A stretch of DNA of 64,000 nt from Candidatus Falkowbacteria bacterium. Lineage in GTDB: Bacteria > Patescibacteriota > Patescibacteriia > Patescibacteriales > UBA12465. The notes under the pieces were generated by a model. The model did no database searches and was not told the DNA's origin. It worked only from the letters and a program-made list of their open reading frames with translations. Position 1 is the stretch's first letter, and each line of letters starts with the position of its first letter. Shown piece after piece: positions 1 through 12,066 of this stretch. Made by a program: the position numbers and the translations under genes. The stretch spans positions 645,062 to 709,061 of the forward strand of contig CP066698.1 of the NCBI GenBank assembly GCA_016432645.1, read 5' to 3'.

Positions 1-1
1 A

Positions 2-64
2 GTAAAAGTCGCCAAATTTAAGACTGGTTATCATTTAAAGCAGGCTCTTAAAGGCAAGAGATAA
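2..64 (+). CDS. 3' end of an ORF truncated by the window edge (..VKVAKFKTGYHLKQALKGKR*); product not identifiable
   Basis: Only frame open from position 2, with TAA at 62-64. Basic C-terminus. Too short to assign. Confidence 0.25.
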   Translation, partial: VKVAKFKTGYHLKQALKGKR

Positions 65-121
65 AAAGACGCCGCCCGAAACTTTAACTCGCTTCTGTTA
101 TAGCTGAGGGCGTGTTTGTTT

Positions 122-198
122 GCGCTCGTAGCTCAACTGGATAGAGTACTTGGCTTCGGACCAAGGGGTTGCAGGTTCGAATCCTGCCGGGCGCACCA
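122..198 (+). tRNA. tRNA-Arg (anticodon TCG), CCA encoded
   Basis: Cloverleaf folded by hand: acceptor gcgctcg/cgggcgc, D arm gctc..gagt, anticodon arm cttgg-ctTCGga-ccaag, T arm gcagg-ttcgaat-cctgc, then ACCA. Confidence 0.9.
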
Positions 199-260
199 GT
201 TAATATAGTTCAACTGAAAATCACACAATTCTGGGCTGCCATAGGACATGGCGCCCTTAT

Positions 261-334
261 GGCTGGGTAGCTCAGCTGGTTAGAGCGTAGCACTCATAAC
301 GCTAAGGTCGCGGGTTCGATCCCCGCCCCCGCCA
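261..334 (+). tRNA. tRNA with CAT anticodon (elongator Met or lysidine-type Ile2), no encoded CCA
   Basis: Acceptor ggctggg/ccccgcc has one U4-C69 mismatch. Anticodon loop is ctCATaa and the T arm is gcggg-ttcgatc-cccgc. The anticodon stem lacks the GGG/CCC run of initiators. Confidence 0.8.
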
Positions 335-395
335 CTTGTATTTGACAATATTTGGTTAATGATTAAAATGTAAATATTAGTTTATTGCTATGTAT

Positions 396-468
396 GCGCT
401 CATAGCTCAGCTGGTAGAGCAGTTGCCTCTTAAGCAAACGGTCGCAGGTTCGAATCCTGCTGGGCGCA
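396..468 (+). tRNA. tRNA-Lys (anticodon CTT)
   Basis: Acceptor gcgctca/tgggcgc, D arm gctc-agctggta-gagc, anticodon loop ctCTTaa, T arm gcagg-ttcgaat-cctgc. Confidence 0.9.
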
Positions 469-506
469 CAGTTAAAAACAGGTTTTTCCTGTTTTAATTT
501 GTTTCT

Positions 507-1076
507 ATGACTAATCTTATTTTTTTCGGAACTCCCGGTGCCGGAAAAGGCACCCAAGCCGAACTTATTTCCCAAAAGTATAATTTAACCCACTTATCCA
601 GCGGGCATATTTTGCGAGCAGAAATGGCGGCCGGAGAATTAGGCACAGAAATAAAGTCTTACGTTGATAAAGGAATTTTAGTTCCTAACGAATTAGTAAT
701 CGCGATGATGGAGAAAGCAGCTAAAACTAGTTGGGCTAATAACCAGGGCGTAATTTTTGACGGCTACCCACGTAATTTAGAACAAGCCGAGTCCTTACAA
801 AAATTTTTTGCCGCTAACAACTTAGAACTAACAGCGGTAATTAATTTGGAAATCAGCGAGGAAGAGGCTAAAAAAAGAATTTTGCTACGCGGACAAAATT
901 CTGGACGCTCTGACGATAATCCGGAAACAATTTCTGAGCGCTTCAAGACCTATCATGACCAAACCAAGCCATTAATTGATTACTACCAAAATCTGAGCAA
1001 GATAAAAACGATAGACGGCGCGCCGGACATTGAAACGGTCGCTAAAAGCATCCATCAAATTATAGATAACCTGTAA
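507..1076 (+). CDS. adk: adenylate kinase (short-lid type, no Zn-binding lid)
   Basis: P-loop GTPGAGKGTQ, then LSSGHILR, GILVP, DGYPRN and LLRGQNSGRSDDNPE. 189 aa. Confidence 0.93.
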   Translation: MTNLIFFGTPGAGKGTQAELISQKYNLTHLSSGHILRAEMAAGELGTEIKSYVDKGILVPNELVIAMMEKAAKTSWANNQGVIFDGYPRNLEQAESLQKFFAANNLELTAVINLEISEEEAKKRILLRGQNSGRSDDNPETISERFKTYHDQTKPLIDYYQNLSKIKTIDGAPDIETVAKSIHQIIDNL

Positions 1077-1080
1077 AACT

Positions 1081-1108
1081 AAAAAGAGCCCTTCCAGGGG
1101 CTCTTTTT
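1081..1108. terminator. bidirectional hairpin terminator between convergent adk and recA
   Basis: aaaaa-gagccc-ttccag-gggctc-ttttt. Confidence 0.75.
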
Positions 1109-1127
1109 ATGAGCGCGATTTATAAAA

Positions 1128-2195
1128 TTATTTTTTCTTATCTTCCTTAGATTCTTCAACTTCTTTACTTTTAATCTCAGCAATAATTGCCTTGCGGATT
1201 TCCGCTAACAGTTTCTTATCATCCTTAATCATTTTTTTAGCTGTTTCCCGACCGGTACCGAGCTTAACTTCGCCAAAAGAATAGGAATTGCCGTTCTTCT
1301 TAATTACTTCGTATTCCACTCCTAAATCAACTAGATCGCCGGAAACAGAAATGCCTTCATTATACATAATATCAAACTCACAAGTCTTAAACGGCGCAGC
1401 CACCTTATTCTTAACAATCTTTACTTTGACGCGATTACCAATAATCTTTTCGCCCTGCTTAATTTGCGCGGCCCGGCGAACTTCAACCCTGACAGAACAA
1501 TAAAATTTCAAAGCATTACCGCCGGTAGTTGTTTCTGGATTGCCGAAGAAAACGCCAATCTTATTTCTAATCTGATTGATAAAAATAACGACAGTTTTAG
1601 TCTTGGCAATCGCTGCTGTTAATTTTCTCAGTGCTTGGCTCATAAGGCGCGCCTGAAGACCCATATGTTGATCACCCATATCGCCTTCAATTTCTTTTTG
1701 CGGGACTAAAGCGGCCACACTATCGACCACAATTACATCCACAGCATTGGACCGCACAAGCGTTTCTACGATTTCCAGGGCCTGCTCCCCGCTATCCGGT
1801 TGAGATAATAACATCTCCTTAATGTTAACGCCTATTTTGGCCGCATAATCGGGATCCAAGGCGTGCTCGGCGTCAACGAAGGCGGCAATCCCGCCGGTTT
1901 TTTGGACTTCGGCGACGATATGTTGTGCCAAAGTAGTTTTACCGCTGGATTCCGGACCAAAAATTTCAATGATACGTCCGCGAGGAACGCCCCCGATACC
2001 AAAAGCAATGTCCAATGATAAGCAGCCGGTAGAAATCGCATCCACGTTAGTTTTACGGGCGTCACCGAATTTCATAATAGCTCCTTCGCCGAATTTGCTT
2101 CTAATTTGCTGAATAGCGCTTTCCGCCGCCTCGAATCTTTTATCATGACCCTCGGCCCCTTCTTCAATTGTTTTTTTGACTCTTTCTTTAGCCAT
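1128..2195 (-). CDS. recA: recombinase RecA
   Basis: [18 protein letters not shown] Walker [19 protein letters not shown], and the L2 loop region [26 protein letters not shown]. Confidence 0.97.
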   Translation of the reverse strand: MAKERVKKTIEEGAEGHDKRFEAAESAIQQIRSKFGEGAIMKFGDARKTNVDAISTGCLSLDIAFGIGGVPRGRIIEIFGPESSGKTTLAQHIVAEVQKTGGIAAFVDAEHALDPDYAAKIGVNIKEMLLSQPDSGEQALEIVETLVRSNAVDVIVVDSVAALVPQKEIEGDMGDQHMGLQARLMSQALRKLTAAIAKTKTVVIFINQIRNKIGVFFGNPETTTGGNALKFYCSVRVEVRRAAQIKQGEKIIGNRVKVKIVKNKVAAPFKTCEFDIMYNEGISVSGDLVDLGVEYEVIKKNGNSYSFGEVKLGTGRETAKKMIKDDKKLLAEIRKAIIAEIKSKEVEESKEDKKK

Positions 2196-2247
2196 AAAAT
2201 TATATACTAATTTATTAATTATTTTTTGCTGCTTATTTGTTAATTAT

Positions 2248-2269
2248 AGCGCTTAGCAGCTAAGACGCT
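2248..2269 (-). promoter_or_regulatory. imperfect palindrome agcg-cttagc-a-gctaag-a-cgct next to a TATAAT upstream of recA; candidate operator
   Basis: The core 13-nt perfect palindrome is at 2252-2264. A minus-strand TATAAT lies at 2243-2248. No T-run follows the hairpin. Confidence 0.3.
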
Positions 2270-2287
2270 GATAAAAAATAAATCAAC

Positions 2288-2641
2288 TTATTTTAAAATA
2301 ATAACTTTTTGAAAAATAATCCGTTCGGAATTTTGTAAGGTCAACTGCCAGCCAGCATCAGTTTTAGTAAAATTAATAAAGCCCCCTAGTCTGTTCCAGA
2401 ATTTATTAGTAGTCGTGGCCTTTTCGTCTTCAGTGCTGATTTCCGGCGTACTCGTCGGTGTTTTTTCCCAAAGCTTTTCTATTTTATTAACTGCTGTTTT
2501 AGCAACTTGATAAACTGCATTGCCCTTAACTCCGGCCTCCTGGTCTTCTTGGCCGCTGTATTCAATCGTCGCTAAAATAGCCAAGACTATAAAAGCAACG
2601 ACTACCACGATTGAATAAAATGTTGAAAAAGGTTTAATCAT
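2288..2641 (-). CDS. hypothetical membrane-anchored protein
   Basis: 117-aa ORF with an N-terminal hydrophobic helix (FYSIVVVVAFIVLAILATI). No recognisable domain. Confidence 0.55.
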   Translation of the reverse strand: MIKPFSTFYSIVVVVAFIVLAILATIEYSGQEDQEAGVKGNAVYQVAKTAVNKIEKLWEKTPTSTPEISTEDEKATTTNKFWNRLGGFINFTKTDAGWQLTLQNSERIIFQKVIILK

Positions 2642-2658
2642 ATTTTTGCTAACAATTT

Positions 2659-3930
2659 TTACAGTTCTAATTTTGCGGAAACCCCTGGCTTATCGCTTTC
2701 AGAAAAAATGTTTATACCTCCATATTGGCCATCAAATCCAGGATTGATGACTAGCTCGCCAGAACGCATTCGCCTTATGCCTTCAATAATCCGCCAATCA
2801 GTGTTATCTTTTAATTTTTCCAAATCACAATCTAAAAGAATGAATAATTCGCTGCCAAATTTAACAATTAATCTTTGATATTCGGCCTGCACCTGCTTAG
2901 ACGAGCGGCTTTTAATATTAAGGGCTTCCGCAATTATCTTGTCTAATTCTATAATTTTTTTAAAAGAAGCGGCGGTCTCTGGTTTAAAGCCAAGCGGCCG
3001 ATCGGCCAGTTCAACAACTCTATTTAAAACTCCAATCACTAGAGGCTTTTTACAAACTGGGCATAAATTATTAAGTTTTTTACTTTCCTCGGGCAAACAG
3101 CTGAAATGACAATCGCGATGTCCGTCTATATGATACATGCCTTCTTCCGGATAAAATTCAATTGTCGAAACAATACCTGATTTCCCACCCCGTTTATGAT
3201 TCTTAATAACTTCGTATATCTGATTATAGTTGATCGGTGCTTCCAGCTCCATGACCGTGGCCTCGCGGCCAATATTAGCCGGACTATGCGCATCGGAGCT
3301 AGATAATAGCGTTAGCTTATCTAGGGCCGATAAGCGCCAATTCATTTCCGGGTCGCTAGAAAGACCGGTCTCGTAAGCATAAATATTTTCAGTTTCCTCT
3401 TTGAAACATTCCTCTAAAGTATTAAAGCCTGACTTGGAGCCAAAGACGGAAAACCAGGGCGTCCAAATATGAGCGGGGTAAACTAAAAAATGTTCATCAA
3501 TATCTAGCAATAATCTTACCAGTTCCGGCGCTTTAATTCCTAGAATCGGGCGGCCATCGGATTTAATATTATATCTTGCTCCCAAGCGTTCATTTAATTT
3601 AGCAACCGCTTCAATACTAGGCGCATGAATGACTAAATGAATACGCCGCGCCCTAACTTCATCTTTATAAATTAGCGCTACTTCCGTCGACAGAATAAAT
3701 TTAATTTTATCATCCGGCGCGGTCTTTAATTTATACAAGCCGGAGCCGGCAAAAGTTTCTTCTAGCTGTTCACTAATGGCTTTAAACCAGGCCGGATAGG
3801 TAAAATCGCCGGTGGCAATAATATCAATCCCTTTTTCGCGGCAAGTTTTATCAATATTTGTTAAAGTTAGCTGCGGCGAACAAGCTCGAGAATAGGGGGA
3901 ATGAATATGTAAATCCAGAACTTGTTTCAT
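2659..3930 (-). CDS. PHP-domain nuclease with Zn ribbon, endonuclease Q (EndoQ/COG1379)-like
   Basis: DLHIHSPYSRA, ATGDFTYP, YPAHIWTPW, ETGLSSD, SSSDAHSPANIGRE, YHIDGHR, CPVCKKPL, NRVVELADR, FGSE and NPGFDGQYGGINIF follow the order I recall for archaeal EndoQ. Confidence 0.7.
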   Translation of the reverse strand: MKQVLDLHIHSPYSRACSPQLTLTNIDKTCREKGIDIIATGDFTYPAWFKAISEQLEETFAGSGLYKLKTAPDDKIKFILSTEVALIYKDEVRARRIHLVIHAPSIEAVAKLNERLGARYNIKSDGRPILGIKAPELVRLLLDIDEHFLVYPAHIWTPWFSVFGSKSGFNTLEECFKEETENIYAYETGLSSDPEMNWRLSALDKLTLLSSSDAHSPANIGREATVMELEAPINYNQIYEVIKNHKRGGKSGIVSTIEFYPEEGMYHIDGHRDCHFSCLPEESKKLNNLCPVCKKPLVIGVLNRVVELADRPLGFKPETAASFKKIIELDKIIAEALNIKSRSSKQVQAEYQRLIVKFGSELFILLDCDLEKLKDNTDWRIIEGIRRMRSGELVINPGFDGQYGGINIFSESDKPGVSAKLEL

Positions 3931-3941
3931 AGCTTTAGATA

Positions 3942-4682
3942 TTAAGCATCAACCAAGCCTTCGGCAATTTGCAGTTCTTCGGGAGAATTAATTCCCATCG
4001 CTTCTTTAGGTTCAATATTCCAAATACCGACATGATGGCCGGCAGCAAAAGCAATTTTAACCATATCGGTCAGATAAAATTCATGAGCTTTATTATCATC
4101 ATGAACCTTATCAATATTGGCAAAGAACCAATCCTTGTTAAAACAAAAACAATTTGGATTTACTTCTAATATTTCTTTTTCCTCATCGGTCGCATCTTTA
4201 AACTCTTTAATTCCTTGGACATTATTGTCTTTTCCTCGAATAATTCTTCCCCAGTGATAAAAAACAGAACGCCAATCAGAAAAATTAGGAAGAATTAAAG
4301 TAATCATGGAAACTACGCCCTGATGCTTGAGCGGAAAGCTATGAATAGTTTCCGGTTTATAGAAGGGGTGGTCGCCATTTAAAACAAAAATGTCTGTAGC
4401 CTGAGGGTCAATGAAATCATGGGCACTGGCCACCGCATGGCCAGTTCCTAATTGCTGTTCTTGAATAACATATTGGATATCATATTTCTGCAAAGCAGCG
4501 GCAATTACATTTTTGTTATCCGGAGACACAATTACAATTGGCTTCAAAGCGGGCGTGGTTTTAGAAATAGAATCCAAAAGATAATCCAACATCGGACGGC
4601 CCTTAAGCGGAACTAGTACTTTTGGTAATTCCGAGCCCATGCGCGTCCCTTTCCCGGCCGCCATTATAATAATCTGTGTCAT
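3942..4682 (-). CDS. sugar-1-phosphate nucleotidyltransferase (GlmU N-terminal-domain-like, no acetyltransferase domain)
   Basis: MAAGKGTRMGSELPKVLVPLKGRPML and QLGTGHAV motifs. Start moved to the ATG at 4682 (MTQIIIMAAGKG), because the 20 upstream ORF-track residues look non-coding. Confidence 0.75.
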   Translation of the reverse strand: MTQIIIMAAGKGTRMGSELPKVLVPLKGRPMLDYLLDSISKTTPALKPIVIVSPDNKNVIAAALQKYDIQYVIQEQQLGTGHAVASAHDFIDPQATDIFVLNGDHPFYKPETIHSFPLKHQGVVSMITLILPNFSDWRSVFYHWGRIIRGKDNNVQGIKEFKDATDEEKEILEVNPNCFCFNKDWFFANIDKVHDDNKAHEFYLTDMVKIAFAAGHHVGIWNIEPKEAMGINSPEELQIAEGLVDA

Positions 4683-4771
4683 AACAAAATAAAAAATAAA
4701 ATAAAGGAAACTCAAATCTGAATTTCCCTTATATTTTAGCATTTTTTGAGTTTGAGAGCAAATTGAAAAAA

Positions 4772-6193
4772 TTATTTAATATAAGCTAAAATTTTAGCCT
4801 TTATTTCATCTACTTTTGCCCCAGCTTCGGTTTTTGTTCGGGCTTCCGCATAAATTCTAATTATGGGCTCAGTGTTGGAAGCGCGCAAATGCACCCAGGA
4901 ATCAGACCAATCAATTTTAACGCCATCAATATCCGTAATTTTTTCCTCAGCATAATCAGTTTTTATTTTTTGCAGAATTTCCGAAACATTTATTTCGGGA
5001 GTTAACTCTAACTTATCTTTAACCATAAAATATTCCGGCAGACTTTTGCGAATTTCTGACATTTTTTTATTTGACTGAGCAAGCATTGATAAAAATAAAG
5101 CCACTCCCAACATGGCATCACGCCCATAGTGGAGTGCCGGAAAAATAATGCCGCCATTTCCTTCGCCGCCGATTACCGACTTAACATCTTTCATCTTTTT
5201 TACCACATTAACTTCACCAACCGCCGCCGCTTCATATATTCCGCCGTGCTTTTCAGTAATGTCTCTTAAGGCGCGGGAGGAAGATAAATTAGAAACCGTC
5301 GCTTTTTGATATTGTCCGGAATATAAGTCATTTATAACCGCAAAATTTTCTAAAATATAATCGGCAATCGCCACTAAAGTATACTCTTCACCGAACATTT
5401 CACCGTTTTCATCAATAAAAGCCAAACGGTCAACGTCCGGGTCAACCACGATTCCCAAATCCGCTTTCTCGGATTTTACCCGTTCCATAATTTCCGTTAA
5501 ATTTTCCGCGAGTGGCTCCGGTTTATGAGCAAATAAACCGTTGGGCAAACAATTTAACAGACTTATTTTAGTTATTCCTAAACTTTCTAAAACATGGGGA
5601 ATGGCTTTACCGCCGGCAGAATTAATTCCGTCGACAACAATTTTAAAATCACGTCCAGCCACCGCTTCCCTGTCAATCAGGGGCAAGGCCATAATTTTAT
5701 CAATATGATCCCATTCTAAATACGGCGAGAAAAAATAGGAGCCAATTCTATCTTCAGCCACATAAACCGCCTGATTATTTTCGGCCAACACTAAAATTTG
5801 TTCACCTTCAGCCGCTGACAAAAACTCCCCCCGTTCGTCTATTAGCTTAAGAGCATTCCAGCCGCCGGGATTATGCGAAGCGGTGATAATAATGCCTCCT
5901 TGCGCCTTCTGAGAGACGACAGCGACTTCTACGGTGGGGGTTGAGGAAATACCTAAATCAATAATATCAATCCCCAAGCTTAAAAGATTGCCAACAACTA
6001 AGCGGCTAACCATTTCCCCGGAAACGCGCGCATCGCGCCCCACAATAATTTTCGTTTTTATTGACGGGTTACGCTTAATTATAAAAGCGCCAAAAGCGGA
6101 ACTGAATTTGATGATTTCTACTGGGGTCAGGTTATTTCCCGGTTCGCCGCCAATGGTGCCGCGAATACCGGAAATTGATTTGATGATGGACAT
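4772..6193 (-). CDS. phosphohexomutase (phosphoglucosamine/phosphomannomutase family)
   Basis: SGIRGTIG, active-site TASHNPGGWNALK, metal loop VVDPDVDR, and GGEGNGG. Start trimmed to the ATG at 6193 (MSIIKSISGIRG). Confidence 0.85.
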   Translation of the reverse strand: MSIIKSISGIRGTIGGEPGNNLTPVEIIKFSSAFGAFIIKRNPSIKTKIIVGRDARVSGEMVSRLVVGNLLSLGIDIIDLGISSTPTVEVAVVSQKAQGGIIITASHNPGGWNALKLIDERGEFLSAAEGEQILVLAENNQAVYVAEDRIGSYFFSPYLEWDHIDKIMALPLIDREAVAGRDFKIVVDGINSAGGKAIPHVLESLGITKISLLNCLPNGLFAHKPEPLAENLTEIMERVKSEKADLGIVVDPDVDRLAFIDENGEMFGEEYTLVAIADYILENFAVINDLYSGQYQKATVSNLSSSRALRDITEKHGGIYEAAAVGEVNVVKKMKDVKSVIGGEGNGGIIFPALHYGRDAMLGVALFLSMLAQSNKKMSEIRKSLPEYFMVKDKLELTPEINVSEILQKIKTDYAEEKITDIDGVKIDWSDSWVHLRASNTEPIIRIYAEARTKTEAGAKVDEIKAKILAYIK

Positions 6194-6325
6194 AAAATTC
6201 CTTAAATATTTATAAAGATATTCTACAATAAATAACAATTTTGGCCAAATTAACTGATAAATGTTAAAATTATAATAGTATATTGAAAAATCAATCAAAG
6301 GTCGCGGACGGAGGCCGCAGCTAAA

Positions 6326-6964
6326 ATGAAAAAAGTAATTTTACTCTCAGAGTTAACTTTTAACTCTTGCCTGACTTACGCCACTGTACGTCTATGGAAT
6401 TGGGGAGATTACGACATTAAAGTTAGTTTCGTCCCCCTAAATGATTTAAATGGAGTAATCTCTCAGGCGATAGAACTATACGATATTGTAATCGCTATGG
6501 GCTATCGAAACATCGACCCATACTGGCCGGACAATAAAAACCAGCTAGTAGTTCTTGCTCCCCGGGAAGATGAGCAAGGCGGGAAACTATTTCTCGTACC
6601 TTCAAAACAAAAATTAACGCCAAAAACTGTAGAATTAATTAAAAAAATTGAAAAAATTGCCAACAAACAAATTAATGACGGAATCCGCATCGATTTACTC
6701 AGTTATTTATCAAATAACGAGAGCAACCGGGCAGTAATTGATTATTTAAATCTACAGCGTCGCTATTTTCAGGCTCTCAGTGTCGTTAAAAGATTTTACG
6801 GAAAAGAAGAGCAGCTGAGACTGCACAAATTCTTTCTTTTGGAAATTCTGGACGAGCCCGAAGATGAAAATCAATGGCTAGATGCTTTAATTGCTGAATA
6901 TGATTCAGCAGAAAATCAATATCAAAAGCCTCTGCCACTTATGCTGGAATTGAATGTAAACTAA
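6326..6964 (+). CDS. hypothetical protein
   Basis: 212-aa ORF with no recognisable motif and an acidic C-terminal third. Confidence 0.5.
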   Translation: MKKVILLSELTFNSCLTYATVRLWNWGDYDIKVSFVPLNDLNGVISQAIELYDIVIAMGYRNIDPYWPDNKNQLVVLAPREDEQGGKLFLVPSKQKLTPKTVELIKKIEKIANKQINDGIRIDLLSYLSNNESNRAVIDYLNLQRRYFQALSVVKRFYGKEEQLRLHKFFLLEILDEPEDENQWLDALIAEYDSAENQYQKPLPLMLELNVN

Positions 6965-6993
6965 AAAAAGGAGCCTTAAAAAAGCTCCTTTTA
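6964..6993. terminator. bidirectional hairpin terminator between convergent genes
   Basis: aaaa-aggagc-cttaaaaa-gctcct-tttt. Confidence 0.65.
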
Positions 6994-7019
6994 AATTTTT
7001 TAAAAAATCATAAAGTACG

Positions 7020-8447
7020 TTAGGTATTAATGCTGCCTGTGCCGCTACAATCATTTTGATAATCGTTTTTTACTGATTCAGCACAAACTTCATCTTTTGG
7101 CCATTCGCCTTTAGTAAGCAACGTCCGCGGCGCAATCGAAACTAAGACTGATAAAATACTAAACTGCAGTTCCTGCCAAGTAATATTGTCTCGCTTTGAA
7201 ATGACTACCCTTGTTTCTTGAGCGCTATGAACTTCATATCCTAAATCAACATCGGTAATCTCAATAACTTTAAAAAGGAGTTCATCTTTAACTAAATTGG
7301 AATCAAAATCAAAAGGCAAATAAAATACCAATTGCCCAACAGCATTAATCTGATAGCTAACCAATGCCGGCTGAGAATTTTCCGAGGTTTTTTCAGGATG
7401 GCTGACTTTAACATTGAAGCCCTGTTTATCGTCGTACTTCTCAAAAACTGACGGTAATACCTCAAACGGTCGAAAAAAATCAATTTCTGGACACAGGACC
7501 AGCGTTACCACGCTCTTTTTGGGGTCAAAAACGTAATGGACATGGGCAGAATCAATCCCCCAAAATCCTTCTTTCATTAAATCTTTAATCCGCTCCTGCA
7601 AATGAATATCCCAAAATGTTAAAATGATTTCTCGCTTAGCATTAAACACAATATCCACTTTAACCATTCCTGGTTCCAGGCTAGAATACCCGGGCCACTC
7701 ACCCTCCCAGTCAACTCCGGCCGGGAAATAATCAGCTGCCACTGCTAAAACATCTTTCTTTAACTCCCACCAACTTCGGTCATCATCCTTGATCAACACT
7801 ATTTTGCAATCCTTAATGTTGTCATGCACAATAATATGAGAAATCGATTGGCGCCCGCGTAAACGCTCGCAAAAATCATCAAGATAGTCATAGCCCTGGT
7901 CAAAATTCAAATCCAGAACCCGATTTCCATCTTTTTTAATTTTAAAATGTTGACGAAACAGCCGCAGAGCATATTGACGATGAAGCTGGGCGAATATCTC
8001 TCCAATTAACTTGCTTTTAAAATCAGAGAAACTGGCAGCTGGCGACTTGGTGACGGTAATGTCATGGCTTTCAACCGAAAGTTTAGTTATTTCCAAAAAC
8101 ATTTTCTGAATCTTAATCAGTTGTTCATTGGTAAACACGTGCGGCCAACTAGTAGCCAAGGTTAAAATGTCATGGTTTTTATAGGCCACTTCTCTTACCG
8201 TCAATCGGGAATCAACCGGACTAACGAAACGATGCGCCTCAAGACAGTCTGCATCATAGTCATAAATAGTAACTACTTTTTTCTCGCTGAGTGCAGTCTC
8301 GGGTTGCACTGGTGTTTCTGCTTCCGCTTCTAAACGTGCTTGTCGTCGACAGTACAAATACCAAGCGACGGCAATTAATACTACGGCTCCTAAAAAAGCC
8401 AGACGCCAACCAATTGGCAATTCCGAATAAAAATTTTCTCCCTTCAT
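7020..8447 (-). CDS. hypothetical single-pass membrane protein, 475 aa
   Basis: N-terminal TM (WRLAFLGAVVLIAVAWYLY). Recurrent W-x-EL..GEWP-type segments suggest internal repeats. No known domain recognised. Confidence 0.55.
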   Translation of the reverse strand: MKGENFYSELPIGWRLAFLGAVVLIAVAWYLYCRRQARLEAEAETPVQPETALSEKKVVTIYDYDADCLEAHRFVSPVDSRLTVREVAYKNHDILTLATSWPHVFTNEQLIKIQKMFLEITKLSVESHDITVTKSPAASFSDFKSKLIGEIFAQLHRQYALRLFRQHFKIKKDGNRVLDLNFDQGYDYLDDFCERLRGRQSISHIIVHDNIKDCKIVLIKDDDRSWWELKKDVLAVAADYFPAGVDWEGEWPGYSSLEPGMVKVDIVFNAKREIILTFWDIHLQERIKDLMKEGFWGIDSAHVHYVFDPKKSVVTLVLCPEIDFFRPFEVLPSVFEKYDDKQGFNVKVSHPEKTSENSQPALVSYQINAVGQLVFYLPFDFDSNLVKDELLFKVIEITDVDLGYEVHSAQETRVVISKRDNITWQELQFSILSVLVSIAPRTLLTKGEWPKDEVCAESVKNDYQNDCSGTGSINT

Positions 8448-8604
8448 GATATTAAGTTTTAGAAGGAACTAAAGTTAAGTGAACGCCACCTAACAAACGG
8501 TTTTGTGGCCCGAAGCCCTTCAAGACGTTATCTCGCCTCATAGTTCTCTTCACTGAGAACCTATCTTTTTATCATAGTAGCTATTAAAAATCAAGTAAAA
8601 TTAA

Positions 8605-8627
8605 CAAAAAAGAGCCCCTATGGCTCT
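8605..8627 (-). terminator. terminator downstream of 5S rRNA
   Basis: On the minus strand: agagcc-ataggg-ggctct followed by tttttt. Confidence 0.7.
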
Positions 8628-8671
8628 TGTTTTACACTCAAATAAATTTCCCCCAATTAAAAAACACCATT

Positions 8672-8789
8672 GTTCTGGCGGCGACCTACTTTCCCAGGGC
8701 TCAGGCCCAAGTATCATCGGCGCTGTCTGGCTTAACTTCTGAGTTCGAGAAGGGATCAGGTGTGACCCAGACGCTTTAACCACCAAAAC
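8672..8789 (-). rRNA. rrf: 5S rRNA
   Basis: The reverse complement reads gttttggtggt..cacctgatcccttctcgaactcagaagttaagc..gccgatgatacttggg..gggaaagtaggtcgccgccagaac. Helix I pairs the two ends, and a flanking caccattgtt/aacaatggtg stem extends it. Confidence 0.93.
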
Positions 8790-8887
8790 AATGGTGTCTT
8801 TTATATATTAAGCGCTATCGCGCTAAAAACCATTGGTATTATTATATATGTTACAGAGTAAAAATTCAAAACTTTAAAAATAAAAGT

Positions 8888-11897
<3,010 letters not shown>

Positions 11898-12042
11898 GCT
11901 TTTATATTTAAAGCTACAAAAAGCGTGTCATATTCTTTTACAGCTTGAAGGGTCTCAACCTTCAATAGAATACTTTTATCTTAATTGAACATTTTATTTG
12001 ATGTCTTTACTCTAACATAAATTGTTAAGGGACTCGGGGCGC

Positions 12043-12066
12043 AAAAAAACCGCTTTAGCAGCGGTT
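12043..12066 (-). terminator. hairpin plus T-run between pilT and the 23S gene
   Basis: Minus strand: aaccgct-gctaa-agcggtt followed by ttttttt. Confidence 0.6.

Noticed and set aside
363-575. A 70-aa minus-strand ORF overlapping tRNA-Lys and the adk start. Similar ORFs lie over tRNA genes at 33172..33411, 33276..33488 and 60365..60547.
   Set aside because: They are antisense to, or overlap, well-folded tRNA genes. They are artefacts of the GC-rich tRNA sequence staying open in an AT-rich genome.
4683-4742. N-terminal extensions offered by the ORF track: 4742, 6298, 35697, 40316 and 51302, and the TTG at 48740.
   Set aside because: The extensions are Phe/Ile/Tyr/Lys-rich translations of AT-rich promoter DNA. 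The family-conserved N-terminus begins at an internal ATG in every case, so the starts were trimmed.
8448-8604. A moderately GC-rich stretch upstream of the 475-aa gene, with hairpins gccac..gtggc and gttctc-agtgaa-gagaac. I considered it as a riboswitch or sRNA.
   Set aside because: The stems are short, I recognised no motif, and it is equally explained as an ordinary 5' UTR next to the rRNA terminator. The evidence is not enough to report.
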